Translations under genes and position numbers: made by a program
The notes under the pieces: model-generated
What the model was told of the DNA's origin: nothing
Seen by the model: only the letters and a program-made list of their open reading frames with translations
The model's database searches: none
In this document: positions 11,901-23,800 of the stretch, piece by piece
Layout: each line of letters opens with the position of its first letter
Numbering within the stretch: the first letter of the stretch is position 1
Assembly (NCBI GenBank): GCA_002269645.1
Contig: NIVC01000909.1
Location: forward strand, 52,752 to 116,751
DNA from: Macrostomum lignano
Taxonomy: Eukaryota
DNA length: 64,000 nt
Reading direction: 5' to 3'

Positions 11901-12881
11901 TGAATGTGTGTACTGTGTGAATGTGTGTACTGTGTGAATGTGTGTACTGTGTGAATGTGTGTACTGTGTGAATGTGTGTACTGTGTGATTTGTGTACTGT
12001 GTGAAGGTGTGTACTGTGTGATTTGTGTACTGTGTGAAGGTGTGTACTGTGTGAATGTGTGTACTGTGTGATTTGTGTACTGTGTGAAGGTGTGTACTGT
12101 GTGATTTGTGTACTGTGTGAAGGTGTGTACTGTGTGATTTGTGTACTGTGTGAAGGTGTGTACTGTGTGAATGTGTGTACTGTGTGAATGTGTGTACTGT
12201 GTGAATGTGTGTACTGTGTGAATGTGTGTACTGTGTGAACGTGTGTACTGTGTGATTTGTCAACTGTGTGAAAGTGTGTACTGTGTGAATGTGTGTACTG
12301 TGTGAATGTGTGTACTGTGTGAATGTGTGTACTGTGTGAAGGTGTGTACTGTGTGAATGTGTGTACTGTGTGAATGTGTGTACTGTGTGAATGTGTGTAC
12401 TGTGTGAATGTGTGTACTGTGTGAAAGTGTGTACTGTGTGAAAGTGTGTACTGTGTGAATGTGTGTACTGTGTGAATGTGTGTACTGTGTGAATGTGTGT
12501 ACTGTGTGAATTGTGTACTGTGTGATTTGTTTACTGTGTGAATTCGTTGCTCCATTACATCGCAAATACACACACTATGTGACGTTGTGTGCTGTGTAAA
12601 GAAGGTAAGCGGTGAGTGCTTTAAAAATTGGTGAAAACTACAGTCTATGTGACACTGTGCCTGTTTTTACAGTAATGCGCCTGTGCTTCTTCTCTGCTCA
12701 CCTGGAAGACGCTTCCGTAAGCACCGCAGCCCAGCAGAAACAGGCTGCTATGAATGTACTTCTTGTTCCAATCGTCATTTTTGCCGCTTTCATCTCGAAA
12801 GATACTCAGCATCTTTCTTTTCTCCTCTTCATCGTCGACTACCCCGGTCGTTTTTTCTTCACTGGACGTCGCCTCCAACAT
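8987..12881 (-). CDS. Divergent casein kinase 1 superfamily (CK1/TTBK/VRK-like) Ser/Thr kinase, about 759 aa
   Basis: Exons 12881-12702, 11442-10729 and 10372-8987, all phase 0 with GT/AG ends. Motifs LGCGAYGSV, VAVKYE, MELLGPS, HHDLKPDN, DFG, QDIESWFY...LPW (CK1-type, no APE). Long basic low-complexity C-terminal tail. Confidence 0.9.
11537..12543. repeat. About 17-bp minisatellite (TGTGTGAATGTGTGTAC) in kinase intron 1
   Basis: Direct tandem repetition with 16-17 bp variants. Confidence 0.95.
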
Positions 12882-13218
12882 GACGGTCTTTGTTTGCGAT
12901 CGGGTTAGTTAAAAAACAAAGGGAACAATTGGTTCTCAAGGGTTGCTGCTGCAATGAAGCGGAGCCTTAGCAGTCAAAAATCGTTTTTAGCGAAGTACCT
13001 TGGGTTGTTGTTTGCGCTGCGGCAAGTGGGAGGTCTCGCAGCAATTTTTTTTCCAGTCTGTCTATGGCGGAAAGTGCCAAGCCGAGGAAACACTTAACCT
13101 TTTCGGTGCTGTTAAACTAACTATAAGTGCGATGAGTTATCGATTTAAAATTGACTAAAGAATTTTATCTGTTTAAGTTTCAATGCTTCTATAAGCTTAG
13201 ATAGATGAATTAATAAAA

Positions 13219-13528
13219 AAACACATCTTGTACACCACAAACACATCTTGTACACCTCAAACACATCTTGTACACCTCAAACGCATCTTGTACACCTCAA
13301 ACGCATCTTGTACACCTCAAACGCATCTTGTGACACCATAAACACGTCTTGCAGACAACAAACATATCTTGTACACTACAAACACATCTTGTACACCACA
13401 AACACATCTTGTACACCTCAAACACATCTTGTACACCTCAAACGCATCTTGTACACCACAAACACAGCTTGTACACCACAAATACACCTTATCCATCACA
13501 AGCACATCTTATGCATCACAAACACACC
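13219..13528. repeat. 20-bp minisatellite (AAACACATCTTGTACACCTC), about 15 copies, at the 3' side of SINE copy 2
   Basis: Direct tandem repetition. Confidence 0.9.
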
Positions 13529-13820
13529 TCGGTTGCACATCTAGCCCAACACACTAATTGGACAGATGTGCAACCGACAGCTCAGCCGCAGCTATTGCGC
13601 GGCGCATCTGAAGGCTGCGTACGGCTGTTCAGTCCAAGGACTGGGGGTCCCCACACACACCCTCAGTTACCCCAGCTAATGCTGGCACCCATTTTACAGC
13701 TGGGTGAACTGAAGCAATGCAGAGTTAAGTGTCTTGCTCAAGGACACAAATTGTTCCGAATGGGTCGAGAATCGAGCCCACGACCTTTCAAGTCGTGAGT
13801 CTTACGCTCTAACCACTAGC
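13529..13820 (-). mobile_element. tRNA-derived CORE-SINE, copy 2, with a longer 3' tail and a stem-loop
   Basis: Reverse complement shows A-box-like TAGTGGTTAGAGC, B-box-like GGCTCGATTC and the CORE block. 13622-13820 matches 5997-6187. Perfect 14-bp inverted repeat at 13529-13542/13564-13577. Confidence 0.8.
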
Positions 13821-14052
13821 TTACAATTATTTAATTGTAGTAATGAGTTAATTAGTAAACAAAAATGCAAGCAGACTTTTGGATATTTATAAAACATTGA
13901 TGCAGCTTTGATGCTGAATGTCAATTGCTGGATATTTATTTAAAACTGAAAAAAAATCATGGCGTTTTATTGTTTTTTTTGTGCTAATGACACTACTGTT
14001 ACTCATGCTTGCAAGTAGTCATTATTGTCCGCTAAATTTAAATTCGTGCAGT

Positions 14053-17000
14053 TTAACAGTTTGCCAGTGAGCCCAGCATGCCAAGGAATTCGATGTCTCT
14101 GACAAAGCGAACTGCCTGAAATTCGAAACAAACACATCTTTGCACTTCACAAGGTCTACTTTAGTAAAATGCTATCTGACACTTTCTCCCCAATTAATTT
14201 AATCTCCCATTGTGCACTCACGCGATGGGCCCCATCCTCTGTCTTCAGCTCAGTGATCAGCGAGTCCCTACAGTACTGACAGACAAACAGGCTGTCAAAT
14301 ACAGCCGCCAGCAGGGGCGTCTGGTCTTCAGCACCCTGCAGCTCCGTGCGAATGACATCAGCGAAGGCCTTCAAAGCTGGCTGCACAATGATGGCGAAGT
14401 CTTCACGAAACTTCTCTGAAATATTTTTTGGATACTGATGCTGTAAATTAAGCTAATATCTTTACTATACTACTTTTTAGGGAAGAAAAAGTAGAATGTT
14501 CAGCAAATTTTTCTAATTGTCAATTAGAGAATTAGAGAACTGTTATTAGTTTTTGTGGCGCTAAATGGGAGACTGTGACGCCAAATGGGAGACTGTGACG
14601 CCAAATGGGAGCCTGTGACGCCAAATGGGAGACTGTGACGCCAAATGGGAGCCTGTGGCGCCATATGGGAGACTGTGACGCCAAATGGGAGACTGTGACG
14701 CCAAATGGGAGCCTGTGGCGCCATATGGGCGACTGTGGCGCCGAATGGGAGAATTTGGCGCCCTATGAAAGACTTAGTGCCATATGAGAGACTGTGGCGC
14801 CATATGAGAGACTGTGGCGCCATACGGGAGACTGTGGTGCCAAATGGGAGACTGTGGCGCCAATATATCGTAAAAAATCTTTTGAGAACAGAAAATTTAT
14901 CGTAGCGCACTTACCTGTCTGATCCAACCATGACAGCTTCATCAGCCAAGAATTCAAACTCTCCTCTTCGTAACAGGTAGATAGATATTGAGCGGCAAGG
15001 CTTCCCTTTGCGGCAGACAGTTTTGAGTGCAGCTCAGGGTTCAGCACCGACTCGACAGTCTGCAGGCTGTGGCCACTGTCGCTGCCAGGGCTGATCTGAA
15101 AAAGCCGGACAAAAGTTTAATTAATAATTCTGGGTGCCATTAAAAAGCACACAGCCAGACAGATGGCTGTTTGGCGAATTGGAATTTCAAATTTGTTTAT
15201 TCAATTTCCTTATTTTTCTTAGCGCTGCATGACGAGATTAAAGACTTGCTCATTCTTTTTAGTTATTCAAATTTTGATAACTAACTTAAAAGAGCGGTAG
15301 CGCCAAATTTTAGCATGAACGAGTGCTAAGAACAGTAGATGGGTGCCCTGTCTGACAGAAAAGTGCTCAGTCTAAGATAAGAATGCTCAGTCTAAGAGAA
15401 GAGTATTCAGTCTAAGGGAAGAGTACTCAGTCTAAGAGAAGAGTGCTCAGTTTCAGGGAAGAGTGCTCAGTCTAACAGAAGAGTGCTCAGTCTAACAGAA
15501 GAGTGCTCAGTCTAACAGAAGAGTGCTCAGTCTAACAGAAGAGTGCTCAGTCTAAGAGAAGAGTGCTCAGTCTAACAGAAGAGTGCTCAGACTAAGAGAA
15601 GAGTGCTCAGTCTAACAGAAGAGTGCTCAGTCTAAGAGAAGAGTACTCAGTCTAAGAGAAGAGTACTCAGTCTAAGAGAAGAGTACTCAGTCTAAGAGAA
15701 GAGTGCTCAGTCTAAGAGAAGAGTACTCAGTCTAAGAGAAGAGTACTCAGTCTAAGAAAAGAGTGCTCAGTTTCAGGGAAGAGTGCTCAGTCTAACAGAA
15801 GAGTGCCCAGTCTAACAGAAGAGTGCCCAGTCTAACAGAAGAGTGCTCAGACTAACAGAAGAGTGCCCAGTCTAACAGAAGAGTGCTCAGACTAACAGAA
15901 GAGTGCCCAGTCTAACAGAAGAGTGCTCAGTCTAAGAGAAGAGTACTCAGTCTAAGAGAAGAGTGCTCAGTTTCAGGGAAGAGTGCCCAGTCTAACAGAA
16001 GAGTGCTCAGTCTAACAGAAAAGTGCTCAGTCTAAAAGAAGAGTACTCAGTCTAAGAGAAGAGTACTCAGTCTAAGAGAAGAGTACTCAGTCTAAGAGAA
16101 GAGTTTAAAAGTACTCTAAAGAGTACCCAGTAAAACGGCAGCTGGGTGACAGTCAGAGCCAAGTCGTCTGTCTCACCCTGATCACGCAGTCCGCAGTCGA
16201 GTCGCAGTGGATCAGAGTCCACCGAGATCCTCCGACATTGCCGGCAAATCCGGGATCAGACGGATAAAACAGCTCAGAGGCTTGCAACTCCGCCAGATCG
16301 GCTATCAGACTTGCTGCTTTGGGGATCTGGTCTTTGAAGTCCACCACTCGATATCTGCAAGTGTAAGTAATTTGCAACACCAATACGAATGGTATGAGTT
16401 TCTATTATGCACTTATTCTATTTCTGCACAAGTTTATGCAGAGAAGAGTGTAGAATTTGCATAAAATTCGTATTCTGTGATACATATGTTTATTCTGCAA
16501 ATTATTCTATATTTATTATATTCCCTAATCCCATTTATGTATCATCCCAGATCCCATTTTTGTATCTTCCCAGATCCCATTTGTGTATCATCCCAGATCC
16601 CATTTCTGTATCTTCCCAGATCCCATTTCTGTATCATCCCAGATCCCATTTCTGTATTATCTATGATCATATTTCTATATCTTCCCAGATCCCATTTCTG
16701 TATCATCCCAGATCCCATTTGTGTATCATCCCAGATCCCATTTCTGTATCTTCCCAGATCCCATTTCTGTATCATCCCAGATCCCATTTCTGTATTATCT
16801 ATGATCATATTTCTATATCTTCCCAGATCCCATTTCTGTATCATCCCAGATCCCATTTCTGTATCTTCCCAGATCCCATTTCTGTATCATCCCAGATCCC
16901 ATTTCTGTATTATCTATGATCATATTTCTATATCTTCCCAGATCCCATTTCTGTATCATCCCAGATCCCATTTGTGTATCATCCCAGATCCCATTTGTGT

Positions 17001-18002
17001 ATCATCCCAGATCCCATTTCTGTATCATGCCAGATCCCATTTATGTATCATCCCGAATCCCATTTCTGTATCATCCCAGATCCTATTTGTGTATCATCCC
17101 GAATCCCATTTCTGTATCATCCCAGATCCCATTTGTGTATCATCACAGATCCCATTTGTGTATTATCCCAGATCCCATTTCTGTATCATCCCAGATCCCA
17201 TTTGTGTATCATCCCAGATCCCATTTGTGTATTATCCCAGATCCCATTTCTGTATTATCCCAGATCCCATTTGTGTATCATCCCAGATCCCATTTATGTA
17301 TCATCACAGATCCCATTTGTGTATTATCCCAGATCCCATTTATGTATCATCACAGATCCCATTTGTGTATCATCCCAGATCCCATTTGTGTATCATCCCA
17401 GATCCCATTTCTGTATCATCCCAGATCCCATTTCTGTATCATCCCAGATCCCATTTCTGTATCAACCCAGATCCCATTTGTGTATCATCCCGAATCCAAT
17501 TTCTGTATCATCCCAGATCCCATTTGTGTATCATCCCAGATCCCATTTCTGTATCATGCCAGATCCCATTTGTGTATCATCCCAGATCCCATTTCTGTAT
17601 CATCCCAGATCCCATTTGTGTATTTTCCCGAATCCCATTTCTGTATCATCCCAAATCCCATTTCTGTATCATCCCAAAAACTTACTTATCAGAAAACTTC
17701 GGTAGCTCAGCTGTCATCTCTGGCAACATTCGATTAACAAAGACCGTCTGCAGCTGCTGGTCTTTGTCGTCCCAGGTTTGCAGAAAGTTCAAGCAGTCGC
17801 TAGAGTGAGTCTTGGCATCGGTAAAGCTCAACAAGAAGATCAGCAGTTGACTTGTATCGCTTGAATCGATCAAAACTACTTTGGAAATTCTCGCGCCAAT
17901 TTGAACGGCAATTGATTGGTTTCCAAGAAACAGCGCTGCCGACTGACGGCTGCGAGGCAGGCAGAGCAGCTTGCTCTCGTTGGGTGAACCGCTGCCTGGC
18001 AT
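14053..18002 (-). CDS. Unidentified multi-exon protein, at least 310 aa, probably helical; 5' end uncertain
   Basis: Exons 18002-17686, 16354-16177, 15095-14915, 14415-14222 and 14115-14053 join with consistent phases (2,0,1,0) and strong donors (gtaagt, gtgaga, gtaagt, gtgagt). Ends ...AHRAVRFVRDIEFLGMLGSLANC*. No family recognised. Confidence 0.75.
14555..14864. repeat. 20-bp minisatellite (CAAATGGGAGACTGTGACGC), intronic
   Basis: Direct tandem repetition in intron 14416-14914. Confidence 0.9.
15357..16103. repeat. 20-bp minisatellite (AAGAGTGCTCAGTCTAACAG), intronic
   Basis: Direct tandem repetition in intron 15096-16176. Confidence 0.95.
16522..17676. repeat. 23-bp minisatellite (CCAGATCCCATTTCTGTATCATC), intronic
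   Basis: Direct tandem repetition filling intron 16355-17685. Confidence 0.95.
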
Positions 18003-18412
18003 TGCTCAAGGTTTCCTGTCAGACTTTTCAAACGTATTTTTAATGGTAGTTTTAGACGCTATATTTATACACTATCAAGGCTCTTATCAGATTTGCAAGC
18101 CCTACAGTTAGATTAGTGATGCAAGACCAGACCCTCGCGAGTTTTGTCCAAATGACCGATTCCCAAAGCGCTCACTAAACTTAACAAATATTTGCCAGAG
18201 CATTCAGCTTTAACTTGCGTTTCTTGTGCGTATTGACTGATAAGCATAAATGTGCAGTTGGCTGGCTAAATCTGCATCTGCTGTCTATTGGCTATTTTTG
18301 GAATTGCGGGCTGGCGGCACACGCAATGCATATTTAGGTGCACGCCCTGGGGAACTGTCTACTGTCGGAAATGTTCTACATTGGGGGCCGCGAGATGTAA
18401 GGAAGCACAGTA

Positions 18413-18846
<434 letters not shown>

Positions 18847-19270
18847 GAAGACAAGAAGATTTTTTTCAGCCTTTTGCTCTTCAAACTACCCAACCTCTAC
18901 TCACAGCTGCCTGTCATAAAGCTGTTTTTATGAATTTTGAGTTGCAAGACAGTTAGAGTTGATATAAGTGGTTGTCTGTCATCCTAAGTAATTATTTTTA
19001 CCTTACAGACCGACAGACTCTTTATTAAATCAATCAGTCGTACTGTGTGTAAGTAAATTTAGCAAAAAAATACCTCTGATTATCAGAATTTTTATTACAG
19101 GAAACTTGACAACTAATAAAGTTATACTTTTTTAATCGGCAATATTGGCAACAAAACAAAAGACTTCGCATTCGCTGTGAGAGTTGCTTTACAAAAGTAC
19201 GAGCATACTACATATTGCAGACTGTTAGCTATATTCTGTGAAAAAAATGCTCCAAAATATATATAGTTAG

Positions 19271-19808
19271 ACTGCCAAATAGGTAACCACACTGTCTTAC
19301 AGGTAACCACACTGTCTAACAGGTAACCACACTGTCTAACAGGTAACCACACTGTCTAACAGGTAACCACACTGTCTAACAGGTAACCACACTGTCTAAC
19401 AGGTAACCACACTGTCTAACAGGTAACCACACTGTCTAACAGGTAACCACACTGTCTAACAGGTAACCAAACTGTCTAACAGATAACCACACTGTCTAAC
19501 AGGTAACCAAACTGCTAACAGGTAACCACACTGTCTAACAGGTAACAGCAGTGTCTAACAGGTAACAACACTGTCTAACAGGTAACCACAGTGTCTAACA
19601 GGTAACCACACTGTCTAACAGGTAACTATACTGTCTAACAGGTAATAACACCGTCTAACAGGTAACCAAACTGTCTAACAGGTAACCACCCTGTCTAACA
19701 GGTAACCACACTGTCTAACAGGTAACCACACTGTCTAACAGGTAACCAAACTGTCTAACAGGTAACCACACTGTCTAACAGGTAACCACACTGTCTAACA
19801 GGTAACCA
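19271..19808. repeat. 20-bp minisatellite (CTGTCTAACAGGTAACCACA)
   Basis: Direct tandem repetition; about 14/20 identical to the 38770-39000 unit. Confidence 0.95.
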
Positions 19809-20255
19809 GACAACACTGAACTACATAGTCAAATATTTAAGTTTTATTCGGGGTGCAATTCTTAACAAAAATATTTTTTAACAAACTATACTAGCTTGTC
19901 AATACAGCGAGTGAGAGCTCCTGCTAAGAATGTGATACTCGTAGCACTAAATCTCGCTACAAAGCAATGGGCAGTCCAAATTAACAGTTTTCCAATATAA
20001 AATTAACAAAAAGCAAGCCAGTTGGACACAATAGCGCTTGAATAATCGTAATTATCCAGCTTTGTTCGAAAAAAGTTCCTTAAAGTACGAGTAAATACCG
20101 GCTAAACACCGGGGACGAGTCACAGAGGCCTAGTTATGCTGGGTCTTGCAGTTGTGCGTACAAAATTATAGTCATTATTTTTCTTCAACTGATGTCAGCC
20201 CAACAGCCTTAGTTCAAGCAGACTTCGCATAGTCATTTCTGTCACTGGTGATCTC

Positions 20256-20723
20256 AATAGACCCTGGTCATTGAGTGGTAGTCTTTAATGACCCTGCTCA
20301 TTGAGTGGTAGTCTTTAATGACCCTTGGTCAATGAGTGGTAGTCTTTGATGACCCTGGTCACTGAGTGGTCTTTAATGACCCTGGTCATTGAGTTGTAGT
20401 CTTTAATGACCCTGGTCATTGATTGGTAGCCTTTAATGACCCTGTTAATTGAGTGCAAGTCTATAATGACCCTGGTCACTGAGTGGTAGTCTTTGATGAC
20501 CCTGGTCCCTGAGTGGTAGTCTGTAATGACCCTTGGTCACTGAGTGGTAGTCTTTGATGACCCTGGTCACTGAGTGGTCTTTAATGACCCTGGTCATTGA
20601 GTGGTAGTGTTTAATGACCCTGGTCATTGAGTGGTAGTGTTTAATGACCCTGGTCATTGAGTGGTAGCCTTTAATGACCCTGGTGATTGAGTGGTAGTCT
20701 TTAATGATCCTGATCATTGAGTG
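20256..20723. repeat. 30-bp minisatellite with internal palindrome (CTTTAATGACCCTGGTCATTGAGTGGTAGT)
   Basis: Direct tandem repetition; AATGACC-CT-GGTCATT inverted repeat in the consensus unit. Confidence 0.9.
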
Positions 20724-20804
20724 CTGCTATCCTGAAAATATCTAGATACATGTATATCGTCGTGAAGAAAGTTTCAAAGCGACACGCGGAAAAACAAACA
20801 CAAG

Positions 20805-23800
20805 TCATTCCGGCAGACTTTGCATCGGGATCAGCTCGCGACCGGCTTCTTCGCCTCGGCCGGATTCACCGGCGGGTCTCGGAGATGGCGGGGTTCTGCC
20901 AGTTCCTCCCCGGAGCAAATTGCTGTGGCAATTGTTTCGGTTGTTGCTGTTGGCTCCGGGGCTTCTGCAGCAGCAGCAGCACTTGGCCCACGCGCCTCGA
21001 AAGATGCCACGAGACTGACTGCTGAACACGCCTGATGGTTGGGAGTTCGAATCCGGGATTATTATATGAGGCATAAACTCACCTTGGGATCTGATTTGGA
21101 ACCTGATTTGGGGCCTGATTTGGGATCTGATTTGGGACCTGATTTGGGATCTGATTTGGGATCTGATTTGGGATCTGATTTGTGATTTGATTTGGGATCT
21201 GATTTGAGATCTGATATGGGATCTGATTTGGGATTTGATTTGGGATCTGATTTGGGATCTGATATGGGATCTGATTTGGGACCTGATTTGGGATCTGATT
21301 TGTGATTTGATTTGGGATCTGATTTGGGATCTGATATGGGATCTGATTTGGGACCTGATTTGGGATCTGATTTTGTGATCTGATTTGTGATCTGATTTGT
21401 GATTTGATTTGGGATCTGATTTGGGATCTGATTTGTGATCTGATTTGTGATTTGATTTGGGATCTGATTTGGGATCTGATATGGGATCTGATTTGGGACC
21501 TGATTTGGGATCTGATTTTGTGATCTGATTTGTGATCTGATTTGTGATTTGATTTGGGATCTGATTTGGGATCTGATTTGGGATCTGATTTCTGCAGGAA
21601 GTTTTGATGCAGGAAGTTGCGGGACCAATTAAAGAGTTAAAAGCGGCTCGAGTCAACTCTCACCATAGATCAGAGGGTTGAGTCCGGAGTTGACGAAAGC
21701 GAATGTCAGGCACATGTACACAATATCAGTGTCCAACAATTGTCTGAAATAGAAATTAGAAATTTTGTGACAGTCAAAGTCTTGTTAGAGTCCATTGAAC
21801 TATATGTTGACAACACATGGATGAGAGTCACTCACTGACTGCCTGTAGGGAAGCTGCTCATCAGAGTGACAATCCAGTACGGTGCCCAGCAGAGCAAAAA
21901 TGCCAGGACTGTGTCCGATGTAAATGCAAATTTAATGAGAGCGCATTTCATCACATGGCGAGGATATTCCTTATTTCATGACTTTACTTGATCAATAGTT
22001 AAGTGTTGAGAATTTTAATATACGTAATCCTATACAGTATAGTACATATGTACATAGTACACAGTAATGTACATAGTACACAGTATTGTACATAGTACAC
22101 AGTATTGTGCATAGTACACAGTATTGTACATAGTACACAGTATTGTGCATAGTACACAGTATTGTACATAGTACACAGTATTGTACATAGTACACAGTAT
22201 TGTACATAGTACACAGTATTGTGCATAGTACACAGTATTGTGCATAGTACACAGTATTGTGCATAGTACACAGTATTGTGCATAGTACACAGTATTGTAC
22301 ATAGTACACAGTATTGTGCATAGTACACAGTATTGTGCATAGTACACAGTATTGTGCATAGTACACAGTATTGTGCATAGTACACAGTATTGTACATAGT
22401 ACACAGTATTGTGCATAGTACACAGTATTGTGCATAGTACACAGTATTGTGCATAGTACACATAGTACACTATAATTCTCTCCAAGTCTTAAACGAACCT
22501 TTATTTTGACAGCTCTTGCTCTCCAACACTGATATGGATGCTTACAGATCTTCATTTCACACACTCATCTCTCATCAGAGATTAAAAGCTAAAAATCGAG
22601 CAATATTTTTGCTAGCTAGAATCAAGAATTTTTTGACGTCTAGAAATGACTTGATTTAATTAATCAAGGAAGATTAATCTTTTTTTCTAATTGCACGCAC
22701 GATATGTCACACTGAAGCCCCTCAAACACTCCCAAGCCTTTGCTAACTGCTCAAGATCCGGTCTACTTGTAGCTTTTGCAAATTAAACGCTCTAGCCTTA
22801 GCAACCCCATTATTACCATCAGCCTTCCCCGCAGTATATCGTGAGCGCACTCACCGATGATCAGGGTCATTCTCAGAGTGCAAGTCCTGGCCCGTTCCAG
22901 ATTTCCAACATCGTGCCGCCTCAGTGACGGCTTTCTCTCGGTGCCAGCAGAAGTTGCTCGGCGCTGATGCCGCTCAGCCAGCCTCCTGGGCGTCTCATTT
23001 TTATTGCTGGGTCTGTATGAGGCCTGGGCCAGCCGGTGGGGGGTTCTGCAGCTGCCTGCAGAGTGACATTGTCAAATTGAAAGTGAGATTCAGAGCAAGA
23101 GAAGTAAAGCTTGACTTAATATTTAACTAGATGAAATTTTCGAGCTAATTTCATTCGATTCAAAAGTACAATGATAAAAGTGTGACGTTGGTGGTTCTTT
23201 TATTCTCCCAGTTCGTCGATTAATATCTACTAAAAAGTATTTAATATGTACTTTATTTATACCAATTGGTTTCACTTTTATGTTTATTGAAAATAGTAAG
23301 CAATGCTTTGTTTTACTGCATTAAATAGTTATATTTAACATTTTGAATTCTGTGGCTTCGGAGAAGACTGAGCGTGGTGTGCGGCTGCTGTTCCTATCGC
23401 CAGTAATTTGATTTTAGTAAACGCTGATTGATTTTAGTAAACACTAAAAAAACAGTAGTTCAAGATCGCTCTCAATTTAGTAGTGTTACCCACTAAGGTC
23501 ATCTTCGAAGCCATTCCATTGACACTGCAATTGTTCGTTACCAGTTAGCATCAGCAATAACCACTACATGTGTAACCTGCAAATATACATAATCCGTAAT
23601 CGAATTATCGGCGCCGTCAGTTATCGTCACCACTAACTGTGTGTTTACTCACTACTTTAATAGCAGCCCGTCAGCACGCGAACTCGGACCAGATATCGTC
23701 ACATAATTTTGGAGGTCCCACCGAGACGGGCTGCTACTTACCGTTCGGTTTGAACACCAAACAAGTCAACAACAAGCCCGGGCTATCCAGGCGGCAGCCA

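Noticed and set aside
18905-18983. Additional upstream exon of the 14-18 kb gene (DDRQPLISTLTVLQLKIHKNSFMTGS)
   Set aside because: Plausible splice sites, but I could not join it in frame to the 18002-17686 exon; left out of the model.
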